A DNA stretch of 64,000 bases, taken from the NCBI GenBank assembly GCA_963766735.1, contig CAVYBU010000003.1, positions 288,001-352,000 on the forward strand, read 5' to 3'. Below, piece by piece: positions 41,577 through 53,863 of the stretch. Position numbers and translations under genes: made by a program. The stretch comes from an uncultured Chloroflexia bacterium (GTDB lineage: Bacteria; Chloroflexota; Limnocylindria; Limnocylindrales; CSP1-4). The notes below the pieces were generated by a model, which saw only the letters and a program-made list of their open reading frames with translations, did no database searches and was not told the DNA's origin. The first letter of the stretch is position 1. Every line of letters starts with the position of its first letter.

Positions 41577-41898
41577 CCTTCTCCCGTCCGAAACCCTTGC
41601 GGCTGATCGGACCTGCGTTGCGATCGAACTGGGATCATCCTGGGCCGCGGACCCCGCGGCGTCTAGTGCTCGAGGTGACATTGATGGGGTCATTCGGTGG
41701 ACATGCCTCCCGGGCCGCGGGCATCTTCAGGGTCCCCGACGAGGCTCGCTGGACGGCGCTCAGGGTCGGCACGCCGCAGCCGGGGAGCCGTTCGCAGGGA
41801 ACGCGGGAGCCGTTCGACGCTGGCACACCCGCAGGCCGCCCCGTATCCTCAGGCACCGCTCCCGCTGGGCGAACCGCGACCCGGAGGTCCTCGCCGTC

Positions 41899-44800
41899 AT
41901 GACCTGCTCGAGTTGCGGCACCGAGAACGAGGCGGGTCGCAAGTTCTGCACCGAGTGCGCCACCCCGCTCTCGGCCTCGTGCCCGGCGTGCGGCACCGCC
42001 AACCCGCCCGGCGCCAAGTTCTGCGGCGAGTGCGCGACGCCGCTCGTCCGCGCCCGTCCGGCGCGCGGCCGACCGTGCCGCGGGACCCGGCGGCCCGGGG
42101 CGCACGCCATCCGGCAGCCCCGTGCCCGTCGCCGAGCGCCGGCTGGTGTCGCGTCCTGTTCGCCGACCTCGTGGGCTTCACGCCGTTCGCCGAGGAGCGC
42201 GACGCGGAGGAGGTGCGCGAGACGCTGACGCGGTACTTCGACCTCGCGAGCGGACGTGATCGGCCGGTACGGCGGCACGGTCGAGAAGTTCATCGGCGAC
42301 GCCGTCATGGCCGTCTGGGGAGCGCCCATCGCGCACGAGGACGATGCCGAGCGGGCCGTGCGCGCCGCGCTGGAGCTGCGTGGACGCCGTCCGCGCGCTG
42401 GGCCCCGGGATCGCAGGCCCGTGCCGGGGTCCTCACCGGCGAGGCGGCGGTCACCCTCGGGCGCCACCAACCAGGGGATGGTCGCGGGCGACATCGTCAA
42501 CACCGCCTCCCGGCTCCAGTCGGTCGCGGCGCCGGGCACCGTGCTCGTGGGCGAGGCGACGGAGCGGGCCGCGTCGCGCGCGATCGCCTTCGAGCCGGCC
42601 GGCGAGCACGCGCTCAAGGGGAAGGCGGCACCCGTCCCCGCCTGGCGCGCCCTGCGCGTCGTCGCCGAGCGCGGTGGCCGCAACCGGAGCGACGCCCTCG
42701 AGGCGCCGTTCGTCGGCCGGGACGAGGAGCTCCGCCTGCTCAAGGACCTGTTCCATGCCACCGGGCGGGAGCGCCGTCCGCGCCTGGTGAGCGTCATCGG
42801 GCCGGGCGGCATCGGCAAGAGCCGCCTCGCCTGGGAGTTCGCGAAGTACCTCGACGGCCTCGTGGAGCCGGTCTGGTGGCACGCGGGGCGCTCGCCCGCC
42901 TATGGCGACGGGATCACCTTCTGGGCGCTGGGCGAGATGGTCCGGGGCGGGCCGGGCTGGCCGAGGCCGACGACGAGGCGACCACGCGGGCACGGATCGC
43001 CGAGACCGTGCGGACCACGTGCAGCGATCCTGCCGAGCGGCGCTGGATCGAGCCCGCGCTGCTGGCGCTGCTGGGGGTCGACGACCGGGTTCGGGCCGGA
43101 CGAGCTGTTCGCCGCCTGGCGCACGTTCTTCGAGCGGCTGGCGGCGAACGCCCCCGTGGTCATGGTGTTCGAGGACCTCCAGCACGCGGATCACGGGCTG
43201 CTCGACTTCATCGACCACCTGATGGAGTGGAGCCGGGGGGTGCCGATCATGATGGTCACGCCTCGCCCGGCCGGAGCTGCTCGACCGGCGCCCCGACTGG
43301 GGCGCGGGCAAGCGCTCGTTCACCTCGATCCACCTCGAGCCCCTCTCGCCGGCCGACATGGAGCGCCTGCTCGCGGGCCTGGTGCCCGGCCTGCCGGCCA
43401 GGCCGCCGCGGCCATCGTGGCGCGAGCGGACGGCGTGCCGCTGTACGCGGTCGAGACCGTCCGGATGCTCCTCGCCCAGGGACGCCTGGTGCTCGAGGAC
43501 GGGGTGTGCCGGCCCGTTGGGACCCTCGACGAGGTCGCGGTGCCCGAGACGCTCACCGCCCTCATCGCGGCGCGCCTCGACGGCCTGGACCCGGCCGACC
43601 GGGCGCTGGTCTCCGATGCCGCGGTCCTGGGCCAGGCGTTCAGCGTGCCGGGCCTCGCGGCGGTCGCAAACCAGGCGAGGCCGAGCTCGAGCCCAGGCTC
43701 CGGGAGCTCGTCCGGCGCGAGCTGCTCACGCTCGACGTCGACCCCCGCTCGCCCGAGCGCGGCCAGTACGCGTTCGTGCAGGCGCTCATCCGGGAGGTCG
43801 CGTACCACACGCTCGCGCGGCGGGACCGCACGCTCCGCCACCTCGCGGCGGCCCGCTACTTCGAGAGCCTCGGAGCAGACGAGCTCGCGGGCGCCCTCGC
43901 GGGCCACTACCTCTCGGCGTACCGGAACACCCAGCCCGGTCCCGAGGCCGATGCGCTCGCCGCCCAGGCCCGGGTCGCGCTCCGGGCCGCCGCCGACCGG
44001 GCCACCGCGCTCGGCTCGCACGCGCAGGCGGTCGGCTTCCTCGAGCAGGCCCTGGAGATCACGACCGATCCCGCCGACCGGGCACAGCTCCACGCGAGCG
44101 CGCTCGCCGCCGCGGGCGAGGACCTCGACCTCGCGGCCGTGGAGCGCCACGCGGAGGCCGCGGTCGCGGAGCGGCGGCGAACCGAGGACCGGGAGACCAT
44201 CGCCCAGGCGATCGCCGACCGGGCGTACCTGATCAACGTCTCGCTCTGGGACCCGGCGCGCTCGCTCGCGATCGCCTCCGAGGCCTGGGAGGAGTTCTCG
44301 GACCTCGAGCAGACCCCGGCCGGTGTCGCGCTGATGGCGGCGCTCGCGTGGTCGTACCTGGTTCTCGACGACATCGCCCAAGCGATGTCCTGGTTCGACC
44401 GACTCCTGCCGATCGCGGAGCGGCTCGGGCTCCTCGAGGCGACGGCGGGGGGCATCCTCGGGCGGGGCGAGTCACTGCTCGTCGCGGGCCGACCTCGGGA
44501 GGGCATGGTCCTGCTGCGCGGGGCCCACCAGCTCGCCCTCGCGTACGACCTGCGCGACCGCGAGCTCGAGGGCCCGGATCCTCATGACCGCCAATGAGCA
44601 GTGGGGCGAGCCCGCTGTGGGCCTCGCGCTTGCCCGCGAGGGGCTCGAGATCGGCCGGCGCCGCGGGTCCCGCCTGTACGGATCCTGGATGGTCGGGAAC
44701 GGCTGCGCCTGCGCGCTGCGCACCGGCGACTGGGACTGGGCCGCGGGGCTGCTCGATGAGTGGCTGGTCATCGAGTCCACCGAGATCAGACGGGCCGAGT

Positions 44801-45417
44801 TCTTCGTTGACCGCGCGATCCTCCGCTCGCACCGGGGCGAGGACCCGACCGGGGACCTCGCGGAGGCGGCCCGGATCCTGGGCGAGGGCCGAAACACCTG
44901 GACAGAGCTCGGGTCCTGGGAACTCCTGGCCGGGGCATGGGCCGCGTTCGCCGGCGGCCGTCCCGACGAGGTCCGCCGGCTCGTGGAGCGCGCGGCCGAG
45001 CTGACGAGAACCCTCGCCCCGATCGCATACCCGCTCCTCGTCCGGAGTGCGCTGTGGGCCGGTGACGCCGAGGGGGCCGCCTCCGCGCTCGCCTCGATGG
45101 AGGCCTCGGGATACCTCGGCGCGGCCCTCGCGGCCGACCGTCTCGTCGCCCGGGCCGGGATCGATGCCCTCGAGGGCCGCGGCCCGGCCGCGCTGGCCGG
45201 GTACCGCGAGGCGCTCCGCGCCTACCGCAAGCTCGGGCTCGCCTTCGACGAGGCGGCGGCAGCCGTGGACATGGCGGTCCTCCTGCCGTCCCCGGAGCGC
45301 GGCGCCTCCGACTTCGGGACGGCGATCGGGGCCGCCCGCGACACGCTCGAGCGTCTCGGCGCGCGCCCTTTCCTCGCCCGGCTCGACGCGGCTCGCACGA
45401 AGCAACCGACCGGGTGA
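41899..45417 (+). CDS. Double Zn-ribbon + class III adenylate cyclase + STAND AAA ATPase + TPR-like protein, with many frameshifts
   Basis: CSSC..FCTEC..CPAC..FCGEC, VLFADLVGFT, EKFIGDAV, GDIVNTASRLQ, GPGGIGKS, FEDLQHAD, spread over several frames. Confidence 0.8.
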
Positions 45418-45482
45418 GCGACAGGCTCCCCGGCCGGGGGCAAGGCCGCGACGGTCTGTCAATGCTGGTGGTCGTGCGCCGC

Positions 45483-45674
45483 GAGCGCCGCAGGGTAGGC
45501 TTCCGGGTGTCGCTCGCGAAGCAGATGCGCTTCCTGAGCACGAGCTTCGTCGGGGCGTGGCGCAACGGTGGCGCACGTGCTTTGGGAGTCCCCGGGGCCT
45601 ATGCGGTGTAGGGTCGGCCCGTGCCGAGCACGAACCGCCGAGCGGCGTAGGCGCCGATTATTAGGGGCTACGCG
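45483..45674 (+). repeat. tRNA-Pro 5'-half junction element, copy D
   Basis: Exact 38-nt tRNA 5' half at 45551-45588 with both conserved arms. Confidence 0.97.
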
Positions 45675-45759
45675 AGTTCAAATTGTGCCCAGTCGGTCCA
45701 CCGAAACGGCCCGGACCGGGATGGACGTCGAGTCGTCCTGGGCGCCCGAGAGTTGCCCC

Positions 45760-46263
45760 CTACAGGCTGGAGAGGACGACCATCAGGGCAAGGACGAAGA
45801 CAATTCCTGACAGTTCGAGTGCGAACCCCAGGCGCAGCCGACGGACCGTGTCGGCGCGCCCAGCGGCGACCCGTGCCTCTGTCGGGACTGCCCACAGGGC
45901 ATCGTCGCCGGCCAGCCGCCGGGCTGCCGGGCTCGTGATGAGCCCCCCAACGGCGAAGATGGCGACCGTGACAGCGATCGCAGCGAGCCAAACGATCCCG
46001 TACTGGCTGCTAAGCGCGTCGATAGATCGTATCGGTCCGAAGACCGTTCCCCGCACGACCCCCAAGACGACGGCGAGCAGGGCCGCACCGATCAGAAGCC
46101 GTTCCGGGCCGAGGATCACGGTTCGGACGAGGTCGCGCTGGCGTTCGATCGGCTGCCCGAAGACGAACGGCAGCAAGACGAGGCTGGCGAACACGGATGC
46201 GCCCAGCCACGCGGCTCCGCCGAGGATGTGGAGGAACTGGACGAGCGCGAGCCCGTAGTCCAT
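45760..46263 (-). CDS. Four-helix membrane protein (DUF2269/CopD-like), sole gene of cassette D-E
   Basis: LVQFLHILGGAAWLGAS...; four hydrophobic segments. Confidence 0.75.
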   Translation of the reverse strand: MDYGLALVQFLHILGGAAWLGASVFASLVLLPFVFGQPIERQRDLVRTVILGPERLLIGAALLAVVLGVVRGTVFGPIRSIDALSSQYGIVWLAAIAVTVAIFAVGGLITSPAARRLAGDDALWAVPTEARVAAGRADTVRRLRLGFALELSGIVFVLALMVVLSSL

Positions 46264-46374
46264 GTGGCTCTCCGATGCGGACCGGTAGTTCGGCATTCGT
46301 ATGTATGAGGCGGTCAGGCTGCCACGTCAACAGGAGGGCGGCTTTCAGGACGAACCAGGCTCGGCGGAGCCCGG

Positions 46375-46566
46375 GAGCGCTGTAGGCTAGTCTTCTGATC
46401 GTCGTTCGGAGGCAGCACATGCGCTTCCTGAGCACGAAACCAGTCGGGGCGTGGCGCAACGGTGGCGCACGTGCTTTGGGAGTCCCCGGGGCGTATGCGG
46501 GGTAGGGTCGGCCCTGCCGAGCACGAGCGGACGAGCGGCGTAGGCACCGATTATTAGGGGCTACGC
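46375..46566 (+). repeat. tRNA-Pro 5'-half junction element, copy E
   Basis: Exact tRNA 5' half at 46445-46482 with both arms; 894 bp from copy D. Confidence 0.97.
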
Positions 46567-46803
46567 CAGCACGGACCGGTGACCTGGCCGTTCCGGCCGT
46601 CGAGGGCTCTGACGCTCGAACGGCCCGTCCCATTGGCGGCTTGGCCGAGGCTGGACCCGGATCGGGACGCCACCGAGCGCCTCACGCTGACTCGGCTGTG
46701 GCGGTGGGGGATCAGGTTCCGGTCGGTGACGATGACGTAGACCGCTCGCTGACTCTGGTTCGACGATGGAAGAGTTCAGCTCAACGCAAGGTCCGCGGCT
46801 CGG

Positions 46804-47206
46804 TCACGGGCATGCGTCGTCGGCAGGCTGGTTCGGGGCGGTGGGTTGGGTGCAGCCCATCAGGGCCGCGTGGTACCCATCCGCTTGGCTGACGAGAAGG
46901 ATGGCGTCGGGCATTCCAGTCCCGGATGCCAGCAGCGCCGGCTGGCCCTGCGCGTTCACGTGCTCGGCGGCATGCATGGTCCAGGACGATACCGGTCCGC
47001 CGGTCGATGCGGCATAGGCCACCGCCCGCCGTTGCAGCGCTTGACAGCGTTCGAGCGGCAGCGACAGACCGGCGCAATCGATCTCCGGTCCGATCCTCCA
47101 GCCCTCGACCGCGGCGGGTCGCCCGATCGTGGAACAGGCCAGAACGGCCGCCGTCGCAAGCGTGAGGCCCGCGATGCGGGCCGAGGATCGCCTCACCCGT
47201 GTCATG
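46804..47206 (-). CDS. Hypothetical lipoprotein
   Basis: MTRVRRSSARIAGLTLATAAVLAC lipobox. Confidence 0.55.
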
Positions 47207-47501
47207 ACGCGATGCTCGCACGGCTCGATCACGGAGACAAGGCTTGCAGGCCCACGCGGCGCCCGGAACTCCAGCCTGGCGTTCTTGGCCGCCCAAGCAC
47301 CTCGGAGTCTACGTGTCAGGACCCCACGGGACCCTGGGGACGCTCCGTCGCCGACCGCCTCTCGCGTGGCTCCGGCCTTCACCGGGCTCACGGATCCTCG
47401 CCGGTCTTGGCGTGTAAGAACCGCCGATCTCCCGTGTCGTGAAGACAGGGACACGGGACGGGCTCCGGAGAGTGAGCCGCCGGGACCCCGGAGGACCAGA
47501 G

Positions 47502-48196
47502 ATGAAGCGGACTCGGAAGTTCGGCGGGCGAGTCGTTACGATGGGTCTCACGGCAGGGTTCGCCCTGATCGTCACGGCGGGAACGGCACTGGCCGCGAGC
47601 GCGACCGTCTCGTTCGCGTCGAGCCAGCCGTTTGCGCCGGTTACCACGGGCTATGACGTCAACTGGTCGAATGGCGGTGGCGCAAACTCCGTCTGGATCA
47701 AGGGATTGACCGGGGTGAATGTCACGAGCCCGCAGGGGGCGAGGGCCGGGCGGGCTCAACAGCACGACGATGACGTACAACGGGCTGAGCGGACGCACGA
47801 TCACCGTGTCGCTCAAGGGCAAGTTCGACTACGCGTGGACCTGCAGCGCGAACTACCCGGCCCAGGCGACCGGTGGCACATCCGTGGTCCTCGGCCTGTT
47901 CGACGTAACTGCCAACCGCCTGGTCAGCAACCAGACCGTCTACCAGCGCGCGTTGCCGGCGTGTCACACCGGCAACATCAGCATCTTCCCGCCCTTCTAC
48001 ACCACGTCCGACAGCCAGCAGACCGGAACAGTCGCCCTCCCTGCACGACGCCGCGAAGTTCGGAGGCGGCCAGATCGTCTGCGGGTCATCGCTACGGGTG
48101 ATCGGCGGGGCTGGAGCCTGATCTGCCTCCTCCGGGATCGTCACCACGACCCTGCTAGTCCGGGGATCGGGCCTCTCGGCGACCCTCACCTACTAG
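47502..48196 (+). CDS. Secreted hypothetical protein, frameshifted
   Basis: GGAGG RBS and signal peptide MKRTRKFGG...TALAA; coding continues in other frames. Confidence 0.5.
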
Positions 48197-48411
48197 CCCA
48201 TCGCCCGCGCCTGCGGAGTCGAACGATGGCCCGTCCGGCAGACGCCCGGGCGGGCCGTCCCGCATGTGACGTTCGGCTCTGGCCGGACGGTGCCAACTTG
48301 CGATGCTGCGCCAGTCGTGCCCGTGATCCGGGTCACGGTGCAGCGGAGCGTCCCGGTGCTCGAGCAGCCGCGTGCTGATGGCCGCGCGGTCCGACTCGGT
48401 GGAGGGACGGG

Positions 48412-50079
48412 ATGGGTCTGGACGCGAGTGCGTTCGAGGCGGCGTACGCCGCGAACGCCGACCGCCTGTACGCGACGAGCCTGCGGATCGTGCGCGAGCC
48501 GGCCGCGGCGCAGGACATCGTCGCCGACGCGTTCGTCAAGGCCTGGACACGGCCAGAGGCGATCGACAATGTGGGCGCTTGGCTGGGCACCGTCGTCCGC
48601 AACGCGAGCCTCAACGCGGTCCGCGACGAGCGCCGGACCGTCCCCCTCGAGCCGAACGACGGCGAGGAGCCGACGGCCGGCCAGCTCGCCTACGCCGAGC
48701 GCGACCCGTTCGCCGACCCGGCCCAAGCAGCTGCCGCCGGCGACTCCCTGCGCACCGTCTGGAACCTCATCGAGGACCTGCCCGCCGAGCAGCGCGCCGT
48801 GCTCGTGCTGCGGGTCGGCGAGGAGCAGCCGCTCGAGGACGTGGCCGCCGCCCTGGGCAAGACCCCCAACGCCACTTACGTCCTGCTTCACCGGGCGCGG
48901 GCCGCCCTCCGCCGCCGGTACGCCGAGCGGGTGGTCGGACGGGCCGGGGTCCCGGAGGCGTGTCGGGCCTGGTTGCCCGACCTCGTCGCCCGGGCCGAGG
49001 GCAAGCCCGTCAGTGACGCGTTCGAGGCCCACCTCGCGACCTGCCCATCCTGTGCCCAGAGCGAGGACGAGGTCCGGCGGATGCCGCTCGCCTGGGTGTC
49101 GCACCCCTCGTCATCGCGCCGGCCGGTCTGGAGTCCACCGTCAAGGCCTCGCTGGCAGCAAAGGGGGTCGCGGTATCGGGCGGAGCGGCATCGGGCAAGG
49201 CGGCCGTTGTCGCGTCAGACCACCACCACCGGCACCGGCGGCCTGTCGGCCGTGGTCATCCTGCCCCTCATCGCGATCGCAACCGTCCTGGTCGTCGGCG
49301 CCGCGGTCCTCGTGACCGGCACGCTACAGCTGCCCGGGGCGGATCCCACCCTGAGCCCGAAGCCGGTGGCAGTGGTCGTAGCACCGACGCCGGCCTCGAC
49401 CGCTGCTGTCGGGATATTCGTTGCGACACCGACGCCGTCGCCCGTATGGTCGGCCGTGCCGGCGAACACGGCCACAACGTCACCGACAGCCGTTCCCATC
49501 GTCCGCGTCGAGGTACCCGTCGCTGCATGTGCCAGTGACTTCGGCGGGACAGGCGCGGAGGGGGAGACCATGCCGCCGACAGCAACAATCGAGATCCCTG
49601 TCGACTTCCGGTCCCGCGTCTCCGCCTACTTCGACGGCTTTAGGTCGCATGTCGGACCATCGGACTGGGATTGCTCGGCAGGCGTCGGGGTGAACGCCTC
49701 ATGGATGGCGATCTCGAATCCCGCCGACGCTGCCCAAGTCGTGTCCTACGACATGCCGGGGGATATCGGAGCAGTCTGGGACCTTGCGTGCCCGCTGTTC
49801 GAGAATGCGAGGACCTCCTACGAGGGCGACTTCGGGGAATGCACCCTGGCGGCTCCGCCACGAGAGGAACGTGTGACGCGCCTGTCGCCGACTGCCCAGC
49901 AGTTCCTTGATCCCGCCCATGTCAAGGGGACCGGTGAAGGGTCTGGGGGTCGGTACCAAGCCCTCGGGGTGCTGGTGTATGACGGCAACTTCGCCGCCAA
50001 GAGCACCTGTCTGATGCCGGAGGGCCAGCAGCTGCTGTGTGAGGCGATCGTTCATGCGTTCGTCGCGGGGTTCAAGTAG
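48412..50079 (+). CDS. ECF sigma factor fused to a zf-HC2 (ZAS) domain, TM helix and extracellular domain
   Basis: AQDIVADAFVKAW, LGKTPNATYVLLHRAR, EAHLATCPSC, TM AVVILPLIAIATVLVVGAAVLV, PT linker. Confidence 0.8.
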   Translation: MGLDASAFEAAYAANADRLYATSLRIVREPAAAQDIVADAFVKAWTRPEAIDNVGAWLGTVVRNASLNAVRDERRTVPLEPNDGEEPTAGQLAYAERDPFADPAQAAAAGDSLRTVWNLIEDLPAEQRAVLVLRVGEEQPLEDVAAALGKTPNATYVLLHRARAALRRRYAERVVGRAGVPEACRAWLPDLVARAEGKPVSDAFEAHLATCPSCAQSEDEVRRMPLAWVSHPSSSRRPVWSPPSRPRWQQRGSRYRAERHRARRPLSRQTTTTGTGGLSAVVILPLIAIATVLVVGAAVLVTGTLQLPGADPTLSPKPVAVVVAPTPASTAAVGIFVATPTPSPVWSAVPANTATTSPTAVPIVRVEVPVAACASDFGGTGAEGETMPPTATIEIPVDFRSRVSAYFDGFRSHVGPSDWDCSAGVGVNASWMAISNPADAAQVVSYDMPGDIGAVWDLACPLFENARTSYEGDFGECTLAAPPREERVTRLSPTAQQFLDPAHVKGTGEGSGGRYQALGVLVYDGNFAAKSTCLMPEGQQLLCEAIVHAFVAGFK

Positions 50080-50180
50080 CGGCTGGGCAATGCGCGACGA
50101 GTTGTATGAATCGCCGCCACTCGCGGGTCATGAGAGCAGGAGCGGATCACGAGATCCGCCTTCGGTGGGAGGTCAAGATC

Positions 50181-51602
50181 ATGGAGTCGCAGGAACGCGG
50201 CGCATCGATCGCCGCATCGTGTTCGGCGTCGCAGGCGCCACTCTCGTAGTCGTCCTTCTCGGCGTAGTGGCCGCGAACACCGTGCTGAAGGATTTGGGCC
50301 GGCTCAGATCCAGGCCATCATCGACAGTATGGCCGGACGGAACGAGACGCCCGTGCTTGCCCAGTGGCAGGAGTTGGGCCGGGAAGTTGGGCGTCGCCAC
50401 AGCCCCCGGCGACGTGACCTTCACCGCCAGCGATGTGCTGGTCGAGGCAGTCAAGGACTCGGACGGCATGTACACGGCGTCATGGACCCTCGACGCCGAA
50501 CGCGACGGAGCGAATTTTGGGTCGACGGTCTACACGGCAACCTTCCAGCGAGGTCCGAAGGACGGCGAGTGGGGAGCGCTGTTCGTCGACGGCGAGCCGA
50601 CGCCCCTTGCCCAGCTGCTGCCATCCGTCACCAGTGAGGCCGCGGCAGCGGCGCTCGTCGCGGGGATCCAGCCGTTCGCCGAGCGGTTCGGGGCGGAGGT
50701 CAGGCTGGACACGGCCGAGGTCCCCGGCGATCCCGCGCCTGCCGACCAAGTCATCAACGAAGAGGCTTGGCTGCAAAGCGAGGAGGAGACTGAGCGGAAC
50801 GGAGAGGACGGGCGCAAGACCCACTTCGCCCTCGATGCCGAAAGCACCCAGATCGACCTGTTCGACCGAGTGGACGCCGCGCCTGTCCAGGGGATCGTCC
50901 ATCGAGGGAGGCTTGCAGAGGCAGAAATCCAGCAGGGGCAGCCGCCACCCTCGCGTTGTTCGTGGGAGGCCGTGCGTACCGGGAATGTCACTCAGGTCAA
51001 GGCCATCCTCAGCGGGGCCGACACGCTGGAGAAGTCGGGCCTCGATTTCATGACCGCCGACAAGAACATGACCGGGTGGTTGGACACGCTTGCGGGCATT
51101 GATCCCGACCGGCTCGCGGTCACGGGTACTCGCGGCCACTATGAGGTCGCTCCCCACGACACCGGCGTCACGCTGCGCAATGACGCGGCAGCCGGCGGGC
51201 CGGGTCATTGGTGCCCCAGGGCTGTGGCTGCGAGATGCCCAGCCGAACGCAACGGCCACGATCCGCGATACGGAGCCGTGCAAGGGCAAGCCCGCCGCGA
51301 GCATCCGTGTTGTCGCGGACCGCGTCATGTACAGGCTCGACGCGGGCCCGCTGCTGTTCATCTCCTCGAAAGCCATGTCCGACGGGGAAGACTGCTACTG
51401 GGCGCAGTCCCTGTGGGTCACAGAGGTGAACGGTGATGCGCGTGACAGCCTCTCATCTGGAGCCGACGGCGGATCGATCGCGATAGGGCTCTCCGGGTTG
51501 TCGGCCGGCGACAAGGTCGATCTCAAGCTCGGCACGGGCTACTTCAACGAGAAGGGCAAACCGGTCGACACAGCCCATCTGAAGTTCACCTTGCCCGAGT
51601 AG
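50181..51602 (+). CDS. Membrane-anchored hypothetical protein, several frameshifts
   Basis: TM RRIVFGVAGATLVVVLLGVVAA; the coding signal switches frames; ends at TAG 51600-51602. Confidence 0.45.
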
Positions 51603-51852
51603 GACGGGTCTCCGAAGGGTGGATCGGGCTCCTGCGGACGTCATACGACGCGTCGCAGGACCCCGTTTGAGCTCGGATGGTCGCCGCGGAACTCCAATGG
51701 GCTCAGGCCGGACGCGGTCGCGACCACCGAGCGTTGATCCCCCATGACTGCCCGCGCCAAGGCGAGGAAGCCAGTTCGACGGGCCCCACGGCGCCCCGGC
51801 TTCGTCCAGGCGGCATGCTCCGACGCGTCCACCATTGGCAAGCCATATGGTC

Positions 51853-53863
51853 TCAGGGAGACCATATGGCTGCCCGTTCCGCCTGTGTCGGGCACCAGGG
51901 GACGGACCCGTCCATTGCGTCGAGCGATCCGCCCGCCACGAGCACGCGGCCTGACGATAGGCCAATCGCCGCGCCACGCGACCGAGCCTTCGGCATTGGC
52001 GCCAACTCGGTCGACAGACCCGTGGCCGGGTCGAAGAGTTCGACCGACGTCAACGCCGTGGCGTCCGGCTGTCCGAGGTGGCGTTCGCCGCCCGCGAGCA
52101 GCACCCGGCCGTCGGTCCGTACCGCAATCGCGGCCGCGGAGCGGTCGGCGAGCGTTCGCCCGATCACTGACCAGCCCGTATCGGGGCTGTAGCGAAGCAC
52201 GTCGCGCGACCCGCCAACGAACAATGCCGACGAGCCGAAGAACAAGGCTGATCCGTCGGGCAACGCGACGGCGCTGCCGAGCGCTCCCGGCGGGGTCAGG
52301 TTCTTCCACGCGCGGCTGCCGGGCGACCAGGCGGCGGCGAGCACCGTCTCCCCGTCGGTAGCCCGCGACCCGCCGAACACCAATGCCCCGCCGCTCCCGA
52401 GGGCGACGCCACCCGTGAGATCCCCGTCCCAGGGGAGTTCGCCGGCAGTCTTCCAGCGGTCGGCAGCCGGGTCGTAGACCTCGGTTGAGCGGGTCGAGTC
52501 GCTTGACACAGTGCTACCGCCGGCGACGAGGACGCGGCCGTCGGAAAGGGTCACGGCCACCGGCGCCCGGCGCCCAAGGCTCATCGTGGCGACCTCGGCC
52601 CATTGTCCGGTATCGCTGCTCCAGATCCGGGTGCTCGACTTGGGCACGAGTCCTGCGTTGAGGCCGCCGGTCACGAGCACGCGGCCGTCAGGGAGTGCCG
52701 CGACGGCGTAGTAGGCCCGCGCGTTGTCGAGGCTGCCCGACCTGATGAACCGGGCGGTGTTGGGACTCCAGACGCGCGCCAAGGGCACCGGCATTCTGTC
52801 ATCGCCTGGATAGGTGCAGGGGCCAGTCGTATCCATGAGCACGACCAGGTCACCCGGTCCTGGCACGAGCACGGGGCTGTCGGCCATGGCGGGGCCCTGG
52901 ACGTCTGTCCACGTCCCCCCCACGGACTCGAGGGAGGGGGCAGGTGTCGGCGTGGGCGCTGGCGTCGGCGCCCGGGTGGGCGAGGGGGAGGCCCGACGGC
53001 GTCGGCTCGGGCTCGGTGCCATCGGAGTGGGTGTGGCGGACCCCGAAGGTTGTGACGTCGGCGTTGGTGACGGCGTTGAGGAGCACGGTCACGAAGTAGG
53101 CACCCGTCTGCTCAAGGAGGCTCCAGAGCAGCTGGCGGGCCTTGATCCTCTGGACATCGTCCGGCCCCGGAAGGTAGTGCGGGAGCACGAGGTCGGGCAG
53201 CAGGTCGTTGACCATGTTGATGACCCCGCCCCAATCCTGCTTCACGGCCGCAGCCCGCACCTCGGGGTAGTGCCAGAAGATGTAGCTTGCGACCGTACCC
53301 GTCGCCTCCCCCGGGAAGCCGGCGAGGCCCAGGAACGTAGTCACGATGATGAGGATGGCCTCGTAGATTGCCGTCTCCTGGGTGACGCCCGCGGTGATGA
53401 CGATCTCGCCCCGCGGCTCGTCCTCATGGATGTCGAGGGCGAATTTGCCCCCTGGCGGGAGGAACCCCCACAGGTAGCTGTTGCCGTCACCCCAGCACGA
53501 CCCCTCGATCGCGCACGCAGCGCCCAAGCCCTGCTCACCGCCGCCCCCAACGTAGAAGGCGAGGGCCAGCGAGCCGTTGAGCCGGAACGCGTCGAGGACC
53601 TTGGAGAGGGCGACGGTGTGCACCTGGGTCATGTCGTCGATGATGGCCGTTTCGTTCTTCAGCACGACCCGCACGGTGCGCGGCGTCTCCTGGTCGCGGG
53701 TGAGGCTCACGCTCGAGCCGGCGCCGTCCACGCTCCACCGCCCATGGTCGGGCCAGTCGGGCATGCGGATTGGGTACTCGTAGGCCGCCACCGGGGCAGC
53801 GCCGAGGGGTAGGGCGAGGACGACGGCCGCCATCGCCGCAGCGAGTGCTCGCAGCATCGTCAC
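51853..53863 (-). CDS. Secreted protein with a PT linker and C-terminal Kelch beta-propeller (frameshift near 53000-53040)
   Basis: Signal peptide at 53863; LPDGRVLVTGG, LSDGRVLVAGG, TDGRVLLAGG repeats. Confidence 0.7.
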
